A stretch of 63,636 nucleotides of DNA, filler included, from Octopus bimaculoides (taxonomy: Eukaryota), in NCBI RefSeq assembly GCF_001194135.2. It is 7 parts of 7 records of this genome, joined end to end, with 100 filler letters (N's around TTAATTAATTAA, not from the genome) between each part and the next. Parts side by side here need not be neighbours in the genome. Positions count along the whole stretch, not along the records: positions 1 to 23,354 come from NC_068991.1; 6 more parts are not named here. One strand, given 5' to 3'. The notes under the pieces are model-generated. The model made no database searches. It saw only the letters and a list, made by a program, of their open reading frames with translations, and was not told the DNA's origin. The position numbers were made by a program, and so were the translations under genes. This document shows positions 11,972 through 22,796 of the stretch, in pieces (the first letter of the stretch is position 1; each line of letters begins with the position of its first letter).

Positions 11972-12195
11972 ATTATTGGTTTCAAATTTTGGCATTAGGC
12001 CAGTGATTTTGAGGGAGGGGCTAAATCAATTAAATTGATCTCAGTGCTCAACTGGTACTTATTTTACCAATTCTGCAAGGATGAAAGGCAAAGTCAACCC
12101 CAGCAGCATTTGAACCCAGAATGTTAGGATTTATGAAATGCCATTTGACATTTTGTCTGGTGTGCTTAAGATTTTGCCAGCTCACAGCCTTTATG
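11972..12195 (-). mobile_element. tRNA-derived SINE (family B), inverted relative to 11680-11905
   Basis: ggatgaaaggcaaagtcaacc...tttgaacccagaa...gccagctcac. Confidence 0.85.
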
Positions 12196-13128
12196 CTTAT
12201 TAATATTAATATGTTTATCTTCAATATTTCCTTTTTTACCAATCTTATTTGTATCATTATTCTTACTACCACTTACTTAAATAAGATTGCTTGGTGTATT
12301 TATTTTTATTGCACTCACTATCAAGTTTCATCATATTTAATATCCTACCATTATAGGGAATTTTATCAGTATTTTGATTCTGGATATAGAAAATTTTGTC
12401 CTTATACCCAGCTTCAGATAATGCATGGTTAGCAGAAAGCCTCAAAATACAAGTTGATATATTTTCAATAATAGAATTTATGATGCTTCTAGGATGATTA
12501 GAATTTTTATTTACATAACTTATGCACTCTTTCAGTTTATATGGTTGGTATAGTCCAGTATTTAGATCTGGAGTAACATCAAGGAAATACTAACCTTAGT
12601 ATAATCATTTTCTCTGAAGAGAGAGAGAGACTGAAATGCTTAAAGAATATGAAAAGTTTTTTCCTGTAAAGCACATGGCTGAGTGCTTAGGGTGTTGCAC
12701 TCATGATCATAGAATCAGGCTTTCAATTCCTATTGCAATGTATTCTTGAGTAAAGTACTTTTCACATTGCTTTGTTATCACTTAGACACATCTAATATGT
12801 GGTATACTGTACACCTGTGCAATGCAGAGCTTTCATCTGTTATTTACAACAGGTGAGTTCACCAAACACACACACACACGTGCGCATGTGTATGTGTACA
12901 TTAAATGATGCATTAACTGGATGGTCATGTTTAGAATGCCTTTGTATTATTTATGAGAGCAGTTATTGAAATCATTAGTAAATATGAAAACAAAGTAGAT
13001 TTTTGTTTCTATTTTACATTTCACTAGTAAATTATTTCACCATTTTGGTAAAATAAGAAATGATTGGAACTTTCCTTTGTTGAATGCTTACTCTTTAAAT
13101 ATCTTTCTTCATTTCTCTATTATTTCAG

Positions 13129-13513
13129 AATATCAGATGACACTGGCGTCAAAGGAATTTTTATACTTCAGATACATCATCATTATTTATCATCTTTTAA
13201 AAACTAAAGGCAAGATGTTATACTGAATAGACTGATATAGTCCTCTTTATAGAAATTTATGGTCGAATTACTACAAAATATTTCTTCTGAATGAGATTAA
13301 TAACAAAGATTTCTCTACTTCACTATTTGGAATGTGTGGAACAAAATGATTTTGTTTTCAAATAAACTTGGTCAAATTTATCAAGAAGTTTGTAGCCTCT
13401 TTAGATATCAGCAAAGACCACAGTTGTACAGTTGATAGAGATATATCCGAAAAAATATTTGTTAGTATTAAATAAGGAGAAAGCTATTGTATGGTGCTGA
13501 ATGAAAGAAAATT
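13129..13513 (+). other. Probable 5' portion of the ZNF terminal exon, downstream of a splice acceptor
   Basis: Polypyrimidine tract plus AG (tctttcttcatttctctattatttcAG, AG at 13127-13128). A candidate upstream donor cag|GTGAGT at 12853 would give a 276-nt intron. Confidence 0.6.
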
Positions 13514-14683
13514 ATGGAAAGTGAATTATGTAAGAACAAGGTAAAATTTCAAACAGTGAGAAGGACTGATTTTTCTGGAGAGGGAGTCAAAATATATCAC
13601 TGTGAAGTCTGTAAAAAATCATTCTCTCATAAAGGAAACCTAACTACCCACAAACATATTCATACAGGAGTGAAACCATATCACTGTGATATCTGTGGTA
13701 AATCATTCTCTCATAAAAATAATTTGACTGAACACAAGAGCATTCATACAGGAGAGATGCCATACCATTGTGATATCTGTGGTAAATCATTCTCTTTACG
13801 TAGTAGCTTAATTAAACATAGACGTATTCATACAGGAGAGAAGCCATATCATTGTGATATCTGTGGTAAATCATTCTCTCATGGAAATACTTTGACTATA
13901 CACAAGCATATTCATACAGGAGAGAAGCCATACCATTGTAATATCTGTGGCAAATCATTCTCTGGAAGTTGTAACTTAACTACACACAAACGTATTCATA
14001 CCGGAGAGAAACCATATCACTGTGATGTTTGTGGTAAGTCATTCTCTCAAGGAAGTAACCTAACAAGCCATAGACATATTCATACAGGAGAGAAACCATA
14101 TTACTGTGATATCTGTGGTAAGTCATTCTCTCAAAATGATCACTTAACTAAACACAAACGTATTCATACAGGTGAGAAACCATATCATTGTGATATCTGT
14201 GGTAAATCATTCTCTGAAAATTGTAACTTGACTAAACACAAACGTATTCATACAGGAGAAAAGCCAAATCAGTGTGATATCTGTGGTAAAACATTCTCCA
14301 TAAGTTGTAAGTTAATTACTCACAAACGCACTCACACAGGGGAGAAGCCATATCACTGTGATATTTGTGATAAATCCTTCTCTCTAAGTAGTGTCTTAAC
14401 TAAACACAAACATATTCATACAGGAGAGAAGCCATTTCATTGTGATATATGTGGTAAATCATTTTCTGAAAATGGTGGGTTAACTAGTCACATACGTATT
14501 CATACAGGAGAGAAGCCATATCACTGTGATATCTGTGGCAAGTCATTCTCTGGATCTAGTGACTTAACTAAACACAAACGTATTCATACAGGAGAAAAAC
14601 CATATCACTGTGATATCTGTGGTAAATCATTCTCTCAAGGAAGTAACTTAACTAGCCATAGACATGTTCATACAGAAGAGTAA
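13514..14683 (+). CDS. C2H2 (Kruppel-type) multi-zinc-finger protein, 13 tandem fingers, 389 aa, no recognisable effector domain
   Basis: Intact ORF: 28-aa leader followed by 13 C-X2-C-X12-H-X3-H units at 28-aa spacing with TGEKPY-type linkers. ATG context attATGG. Style matches the expanded octopus C2H2 family. Confidence 0.95.
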   Translation: MESELCKNKVKFQTVRRTDFSGEGVKIYHCEVCKKSFSHKGNLTTHKHIHTGVKPYHCDICGKSFSHKNNLTEHKSIHTGEMPYHCDICGKSFSLRSSLIKHRRIHTGEKPYHCDICGKSFSHGNTLTIHKHIHTGEKPYHCNICGKSFSGSCNLTTHKRIHTGEKPYHCDVCGKSFSQGSNLTSHRHIHTGEKPYYCDICGKSFSQNDHLTKHKRIHTGEKPYHCDICGKSFSENCNLTKHKRIHTGEKPNQCDICGKTFSISCKLITHKRTHTGEKPYHCDICDKSFSLSSVLTKHKHIHTGEKPFHCDICGKSFSENGGLTSHIRIHTGEKPYHCDICGKSFSGSSDLTKHKRIHTGEKPYHCDICGKSFSQGSNLTSHRHVHTEE

Positions 14684-14984
14684 CCATATCGTTGTCAACA
14701 GACATTCTTTAAAAATGAAAGTTATCTAACAATAATTTTTTCACACAGGAAACAGGATATAACTTTGATAAATAACCAATTCTATATAACCACAACTATA
14801 TCTTCACTGGTGAGATAACTTACCTCATTGATATTTTTAATAGAAACTATAACATGCTTCTGGAATACTCATATTTTGTGTAACATGTATTTTCATGAGA
14901 GAGATGTGATACATCTGTTTTATTTGATGTGTAAAAATATATATTCATATATCATAACTAAAGTCACTGTATAGTTATATTATG

Positions 14985-14990
14985 AATAAA
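14985..14990 (+). promoter_or_regulatory. Candidate polyadenylation signal of the ZNF gene
   Basis: AATAAA about 300 nt after the stop codon, in AT-rich sequence. Confidence 0.4.
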
Positions 14991-15351
14991 TACACAAAGT
15001 ATAAATGAAAATATTTCATCATACAATAATAAGATCTATGTTTAACGACTCATATTCTTGTTCTTAGATTCATTCTTTCATGTGTTATCTATCAATATTT
15101 CTCATTCGATTTCATCCATGCTTTGCAAATAAATATATCACTTATGTTCCACGGAAAGTTCTACACTGTTTGGATTTGTCACTGGGGCATCTAGGTTCAG
15201 AAGGTCAGAAAAACCTTCTATAGTGATTATTGTGGACAAAAGAGGTAACTCTTTGCTAAGTAACGGGCAAAAATTGATTGTCTCCCTTACACCGGAAGGT
15301 GTGTGTGTGTGTGTGTGGCCTCAATCTCAGAAACATCCTACAACGTACACA

Positions 15352-15505
15352 GTTCGGTAAATTCCGTAAAAAATTTTTATTTATTTATTTCTGTGGCTGG
15401 AAATGTACATTTCGTTTGATGTCAGCATAAAGTGACATCATGAGAAATGTACATTTCCACCCACAAAAATTAATTTATGAAATTTTTTTACGGATTTGAC
15501 CGAAC
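15352..15505. mobile_element. 154-bp almost fully palindromic MITE
   Basis: Arms gttcggtaaattccgtaaaaaattt / aaattttttacggatttgaccgaac, then gtggctggaaatgtacatttc / gaaatgtacatttccacccac, then tgatgtca / tgacatca. Confidence 0.8.
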
Positions 15506-15604
15506 GCTTTACCTTAAAAGCTGTTGGATCAGATGTTTAGTTTGACATTTTTGCGAGTCATATTGAAAAATTGCCCAATTTCGTCTTCAGAAACATCTAC
15601 ACAC

Positions 15605-17398
15605 ACTAGCGGAATCATCTTAGACGAACCCGGTGGAACTGGAAAAACATTCCTCCTGAATCTTCTTGCGAAGCTGCTGTTGCAGTTGCCTGCTCAGGAA
15701 TAGTCTCGACGGCAGCCGAACAGCACACTTTACCTTCAAATTGCCTTTCAATGTAGCACATCAGGAAAACTCAATGTGCCGAATAATGCATTCCTCGGAC
15801 GAAGCGACAATTTTGTAAAAGTGTAAACTCATTGTTTGGGATGAAGCAACTATGTCCCAGAAATGTTCCCTACAAGCACTTCATACCACAATGTGAGACC
15901 TTAGATCAAACAACAACATCCTTGGAGGTGCGACTCAACTTCTTGCAGGAAATGTTTGACAAACTCTATTATACCCAAACGAACACCGCTGATGAACATA
16001 ATGCCTGCCTTAAAAAATCCCTGCTTTGGTCGCATGTCCAATCGAAACAACTTACCATCAACATGAGATCACTCCTACAGACTGGTCAGCCTACAACCCA
16101 GTTTTCGGCAATGGACAAATTACGTCCGATGACAATGGATTCATCGACACTACCACCATTTGTCACACTGACTTATGTTCTGCCGTTTACCCAAATCTTA
16201 CAACGGAATGCATAAAACCAGACTGGCTTCGTGACAGGGCTGTTCTTGCACCTTCAAATGCAGCTGTCAACACTCTTAACTACGACTTACTCAGCTACCT
16301 TCTCTAGAACATTGTTACAGATCAGTTGACACCGTTACCGACCTCGATCAGGTTACACAATTTCTAAGAGAATTTCTCAACTTCCAAGAACCCCCAGGAC
16401 TCCTTCCCCATGAACTTCACTTTAAAGTCGGTTGCGCAAACTAAACGCACCCACACTATACAATGGAACTCATCTTGTGGTCAAACAAATGATGGACCAC
16501 GTCATTGAAGCCCAAATTATCACGGACAGGGCAAAAACGATACCGTTTTCGTTCTGAAAATTCCGCTAACCCCAACAGACTGCCCCTACACTATGTAGAG
16601 ACTTCAATTCCCTCTGAAACTCAGCTTCGCCATGACAATTAACAAAGCACAAGGTTAGTTGCTGAAGTTGTCAGATTGGACCTTCAAACATCGTGCTTTT
16701 CACATGGACAGTTCTATGTCAGTTGTTCCAGAGTTGGCCATCCAGACAACTTATTCATCTATGCTCCTGAAGGAAAAACCAAAAATGTCGTTTACAAAAC
16801 AGCCCTACAGTAGTTATTCCTCTACTGAATTCTTCACATCTACACCAAACTGTAGCCGTTAGCTATCACACTTCTTGCAAGCATTTCATTGATATTTTGC
16901 TTCATTCCCCTGATTGCTGTTAACAGTACATTACCTTCAATGACCCCTCTTCGTGCATGCTCTGGCATTTATTTTTGTATATGCTATTTTTCTATTTGTG
17001 TGTTTGCTATGAACGTTTGCTTTTCTTTATCATACATGACTTTCATTGAAAAAAAAAAAAAAAGACTTCAATGCGGTTGTCTGGTATTACGAGAAAAATA
17101 AGTAATGATGCAAAATGCATCAAGTAAGATATAGGATTCCTAATGCCTACTGCAATTGCAATCCCATTTCATGGACTTTCATTTATTACTAACTGCCAAA
17201 TTTGCATTCAAAAAAATTTATTCATTACCTAAGTTTCTTAATACCATATCATAAACTGCTAACGAAAATGCTAATTATACATTTTATGTTTATCAACTTG
17301 AAACGACTTCTAACTGCAGGCTAATTCAACTTAAACCGTCCACAGGAGTGCACCATTATAATAATTACACTGTTCAAAGGAGGAGTGCGTTGGCTAGT
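15605..17398 (+). mobile_element. Degraded Helitron, Pif1-family helicase region
   Basis: LDEPGGTGKTF (Walker A), KLIVWDEATM, RLQFPLKLSFAMTINKAQG, FSHGQFYVSCSRVG, KTKNVVY, with frameshifts and stops. Possible 3' CTAG at 17394-17397. Confidence 0.88.
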
Positions 17399-17926
17399 AT
17401 ATATAAAATACTTTGTCTCTCTGTCTGTTCCCAATGCATTCTCAAACGGCTGAACTAAATCAAATCAAATTTTACATGGTAATACTATCACATCCCAGGA
17501 GTGTCAACATGTAATTTTTTTGGATTAAAACGATGCAACATTGGCACTGGTTCTGTATTACGTGTCAAAACTTGAAGAATAACAGTGAAAGAATAACATC
17601 TATATTGAAATGTAATACATTGTTTCACTTTTATACTTTTACTAACCATGACGACAATGACGATGTCACATTTTGTATATGACTACGTATCTGTCTGAAT
17701 GTATGTGCATGAGTGTATGATAGTGGGCATGTCTCACAGTGTGTGCGTCTTTCCGTGTTAGGTATGTTATTAAACATACTATATGTATGTGAAGGTTGGT
17801 AAGTGTCAATAGGAAATTTTATTATTTATTTCGATTAAAACAATATAGCATTTTATAGAGATAATCTTTCTTTTTTCATAGATGTACTTACATAGCAACT
17901 GACTTGATCCGAGATCCTGTGCTTGG

Positions 17927-17964
<38 letters not shown>

Positions 17965-17968
<4 letters not shown>

Positions 17969-18156
17969 ACCTCGTGGGCATCGGTACCATTTTCCTCTTT
18001 CTCCGTTCTTCCATTCTCCGAACTTTCCATCTTTCCGACGAAGGGCTACGCCCGAAACGTCATACACTCTCTCTTTCCTTTCCTGAGCGTCCAATAATAC
18101 TATCCATATCACGTCCTCACTTTGTTGTTTTTTTGTTTTTTTGTTATTGTTTTTTT

Positions 18157-18160
<4 letters not shown>
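17965..18160 (+). mobile_element. Penelope-like pLTR remnant with a degenerate hammerhead motif, inserted in (TA)n
   Basis: ccgacga-a-gggc-tac-gccc-gaa-acgt-c at 18035-18061; (TA)n on both sides. Confidence 0.6.
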
Positions 18161-18198
<38 letters not shown>

Positions 18199-18534
18199 AC
18201 CTTCAACGGAGTAACAGCTATATATACAACTTGAACAGACATACATATCAGTACATAAACATATATTTACATGTGCATACACATATACACACATACAAAC
18301 ACGTCTACATACTTATACGTAAATGCTCACAAACATACATACAAACATACATACATACGTGTATGCGTACATGCATGCATGCACATTTACTCATGCATGC
18401 ATACATACATACACACATACATACATACATGCACACATACATACACACATATATATCATGAACTGACCGTTACTTTCTCAGATGCAGCACAAAATTTTGT
18501 CAGTGACTTCTATTTCGTTCATTTGCTTCACCAT

Positions 18535-18950
18535 CATTATTGATTAACGTCCACATTCCGTGCTGGCATGGATTGGACGGTTCCACTGAGGTCTGGCATG
18601 CCAGTGGGCTGCACCAGGCTCCAATCTGATCTGGCAATGTTTCTACAGCTGGATGCCCTTCCTAACGTCGACCACTCCGAGTGTAGTGGGTGCTTTTTAC
18701 GTGTCACCGGCATGGGAGCCAGCCAGGGGGTACTGGCATCGACCACGTTCAGATGGTGCTTTTTACGAGTCGCCGGCACGGGAGCCAGTCAAGGGGCACT
18801 GGCATCGGCCACATTCAGATGGTGCTTTTTACGTGCCACCAGCACAGGAGCCATTCAGGCGGTACTAGTATCAACTCACGTTCGAATGGTGCTTATTATG
18901 TGCCACCAGCACGGGTGCCAGTCAGGCAGTATTGGCCACGACTACAATTT
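18535..18950 (-). mobile_element. RTE 3' UTR with four ~66-bp tandem units
   Basis: Same UTR as 10415-10690; ggtgcttt units start at 18689, 18755, 18821 and 18888. Confidence 0.85.
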
Positions 18951-19689
18951 CGATTATATTTCGTTAATTGACACTGCGTACACAAATACAGACATACTAT
19001 ATACATACCATGCCTTATTTTTTGAAGTAATTTATTACTACATATTCTCATGTGACAGCATAGGCTCACTTTACGTTTCTTATTCTACAGCAACACCAGC
19101 AATCCAATGTCAACCCTTCGCCTTCTGCAACATTTCAACAGTTCACTTCCCTGACGCCGTCTCCCATTGCAGCCCATTTCCAGAATGTACCCATTTACGT
19201 ACAATATCTCCATTATACCTCCATTGATTTCACTGTCAATCATAGGATGGGTTATGTTAGATGCAGCGCTGACCCCTCGAAGGCGAGTATATCCACTAAC
19301 AGCTTTTAGATGGTTTCAAAAATTACACCTCCACTCCCAATTTTCCATGATTGGTTAGGCCATAGTCTCCTCCAAACGGACATATATGTTGTTTAGTCGA
19401 ATTAGGCCATCATTTACTCCACCTATTTCAACATAACTGTAATATATATACATATATACAAACTATACCATTTTAATCCCGAGCAGCGTCGTGTATCTCT
19501 GCTAGTACCTGATATAAAATTTGATACGGAAATGATTCTGTTTTTGGTATGGCCTACATAATTTAATTGTTACTTTTATTTAAAACACTGTTACTTCAAG
19601 AATTTATGGTTAAGCTGAATCTCAATTTGCAATTGTCTCTTTAATATATTCATATGACAGAATTCTTCATTCTCCTCTAACTTTCCCCA

Positions 19690-20170
19690 ACTGTGCATCA
19701 TTCACATGCAGCCTAGATACTACACATCGAGCCCGCATTGATTCCATAAGCAAAAACTTTGGAAGAATCCTTCTGTGGAACCATGCCAACCTTGTCTCTA
19801 TTGACAGAAAAAAACCGCTCAAGCACTGCTCGCATCAAGAAAACATTACTACACTGCATCCCCTCCCACCATCACTAAAAATGAAGTATACTTAGCTAGA
19901 ACTTTTGAAGTTGTTCTGAATGCCGGGCCTCATTATCACTGAGGATATCTCCCAGGGAAAACGTCCTTAACATAACTAGTACTGCAAGCTGGCCCTTCCT
20001 TTACGAGTCAGAAAATATTTCAGCCCCACAACAGCTGTAGACACTCTACAAGACTCAGGTAAAGCCCATAATGGAGTACTGCTGTCACATCTGGAATGGT
20101 GTTCTTATACATCTTGGAGAAGGGCCACTCAGCTAATTCATATTCTATCACTTATGGACATACTCTAGCC
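19690..20170 (+). pseudogene. CR1-like LINE, C-terminal ORF fragment
   Basis: LYKTQVKPIMEYCCHIWNG at 20045-20100, preceded by LRVRKYFSP. Confidence 0.8.
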
Positions 20171-21044
20171 TAGTAAGTCTCAACCGGAGTCCATATGATC
20201 CGCTTGGTTTTTTTTTTTGCTTTTCGATCGCCCCTTTGTACAAGTGGTAAAAGTTCAAATGTACAAAGCGGAGATCGAAAAGCAAAAAGAAAAAAAAGCG
20301 TGTAGCATGAAGCACAGGCAGTAAACAAAAATAAAATAGAACAGAGTGGTGACATTTAGTAGAGACAACCCAGAAGTTGTTGCTCTTCGATTACAGCAGA
20401 AGTTTTCCGCAATTGAATACATGTTGATTGGTTAAAATTATCCAAATACGACAACTTTAACACGAAATAACTTCTATAATGCGAAATTTTGTCAAAAATG
20501 TCGAAAGTAAACCGTGTTCAGCGTGAGAAATTACACCAGTATACGAAGTTTCAAACTGTTTAGTTAAAAAAAAAAAAAAGAATAATTAAAAAATCTGTGA
20601 GCGAAACTGAAGAGATTCAGATTTTGTTATTAAAACTTGTCTGCAATAAATCATATTTCTACATTGCTCAAAATATAATTTTTTTTATGCAATTCCTAAT
20701 ATTTTCTATTATATTACTATATTCCTTTTGGTCCTCAGAATTGGTTGGTTACTGACCCCCACCATCCAGGCACCTCAATCCATTTGAATCTCCTTCTCTT
20801 ATCACTCTTGATGGGTTGAACTTGCTTGGGTTCACAAACTATTTCTTCCCAGAAAATCAATCCACTGGAATCGTTTTCCTCACTAGTTTCCTATAGGTAT
20901 TGACTTACAACAATTTAACAAAACCTTAACAACATCAAACTCATTGGTCTTGAAGGGCCTTCAAATGTCTTGTACCATGCCCCTTCCTTCTGACTCATGA
21001 AGTTTTTAAAAAGAGCAAACAAAAAAGCAGGCAGAATTGTTACA

Positions 21045-21195
21045 GAACTGCATTAAGGTTTTCAGCTCGTAGTGGCGGGGAAAAACCTTTATTTGGCTAT
21101 TTACATCTGGCGTTCGAATCTCGCTGAAGTCAACTTTGTTTTTTCCTCCCTTCGTGAGGGAGGGGTGGGGTGGTGATAAAATAAAGTACCAGTCA
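21045..21195 (+). mobile_element. SINE family B fragment
   Basis: gttcgaatctcgctgaagtcaactttg...gataaaataaagtaccagt. Confidence 0.7.
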
Positions 21196-21423
21196 TACAC
21201 TTTTGTCTTATCCCTTCTCCCAAATTTCGGTCCTTGTGACTATACTATGATAAAAACAATTATTTATAAACATATATAGCGGCTATCGTTGGCTGTTATT
21301 AAATGGGTTATTGGCTGTTATTAAGTACGTGTTATTAAATGGGAAAACAGCATGAATCACCATAAGACATTTTTGTGTATAAATATATTGTTTATTTTGT
21401 GTTCACCTTTTGTGGTGGACGCA

Positions 21424-21813
21424 TGTAGTATGATACAAAAACGTATTTGCATACAAAGAAAGTTTTGATTTTTGCTTTTGCGCTGAAAGAAGTAACATAT
21501 ATTTGCATTACAGTATGTATGCATGTGTGTAATGAGAACAGTCATTTTGAGAATGTGTGTGTGTCATAAATATCTTCGAGGTGAATAGACATGTGAGTCG
21601 CACGTGGGAGAATGCGCGTAGAGCTGCAGAGAAGACATGTATCTTTGACTAAAGCCTGGAAGGAACTGAGGCCGTTTCTATAATGTAGCTCAGATTGAGG
21701 CTAGTGTCTCAGAACGAGGCTACAGTATCAAAGCGAGGCTAGACGCCTCATCAATATATTCGTCTGCCGTGTAGGTCGACTCATATTACTATGTAATATG
21801 TAGCTCTGCTACA
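21424..21813 (+). mobile_element. Candidate solo LTR (390 bp)
   Basis: TGTAGTA...TGCTACA termini and AATATA near the 3' end. No convincing TSD. Confidence 0.35.
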
Positions 21814-22408
21814 CATATATCATGTTTGTTAAAGAGGAAGACAATATTACAATCATTGAGTCAGCTTCAAAAGGTAAAAGAAATATAATCGAACATAAAC
21901 CTCCGCCATCCAAAAAAATGTCTTCAAATCCCATTTCCTTGTAATTTTTTGTATGGATGTTTTCTTCTATTTCCAACTGTTGAGAGACAAGTGTCAGTCT
22001 ATTAAGGGAGATAACTGGCATGTTTTTTTATTTACAGGGAAAGTAACTGAAATCAAATTTTAGAACGTTCTTAAAATTACAAATTCAAGCAAGGTTTAGC
22101 AGATTCGGTTGAACTTGAACATCGAATATATTTTGCTTAATCTATTTATTGTTACTTTTCTAAGTAAACCTCTCTCCCACTTCTTTCTGTATGTATGTTC
22201 ATAACTCATACAAGACAACACTGTGTCACATGTAATGCGAATTTCAAACAACTTTCGGAACTCAAGAGCTACCTACGTGTTCGTGCATGCTAAAAAGCAT
22301 TGCCCGAATGATAGCGACTCAGTGATCAATTCATAGAAATTCTCTATATACATATTACTTCAAACAATGCGTTATTCATAACGCGCGCACACACGCATAA
22401 GAATTGGA

Positions 22409-22796
22409 TGAGATATGACGGCTCGACCGTCTCTCCCCAGTTCTTATATTAATCATTAAAATCCAGAAATACAACAACACGAGGGATAACGGTAACAACA
22501 GATCAATAATTTATTCTAGGTTGGTGTAGAGCCTTTTCGTTCCTGGGTGAACAGGCATGCCGCTAGAATACCAAGGAAGCTTCGACCACATGTCGGTATC
22601 GAGTTGAGAGAGCACTGGAAGAACGTGTTGTCACGACAGCTGCTAGAGAGAAAAGAGATCAACGCTATTGCTCTCTCTCCACCTGTTGCATTGTGCATGC
22701 GTGCCCGGGTACTTCCGCTGACGGCAAGTCCCTTGCACATGCGCAATGGCACTTCCCAAGATGGCGGCCACACGCGCCACTACAATGTCTCCCCCC
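22409..22796 (-). mobile_element. Candidate 3' LTR with polypurine tract
   Basis: Minus strand reads GGGGGGAGA-cat-TGTAGTGGCG (PPT 22796-22788, LTR start 22784), with AATAAA at 22515-22510. The distal end is uncertain. Confidence 0.55.

Larger units (their letters stand above)
17399..19505 (+). mobile_element. Possible non-autonomous Helitron with nested insertions
   Basis: 5' part resembles the element at 24576 (shared tattacgtgtcaaaa). 3' end cccgagcagcgtcgtgtatctctgCTAG|t resembles the end at 25795-25822. Continuity between the two ends is inferred. Confidence 0.4.

Noticed and set aside
13514-14683. Assigning a vertebrate ZNF gene symbol
   Set aside because: Similarity would come from generic linkers, and orthology cannot be supported for a lineage-specific family
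15832-16307. The 127-aa and 93-aa ORFs as host genes
   Set aside because: They are pieces or alternate frames of the frameshifted Helitron helicase
18689-18950. Regularly spaced repeats as a CRISPR array (also 51359-51668)
   Set aside because: Whole units are homologous with no unique spacers, there are no cas genes, and the context is eukaryotic
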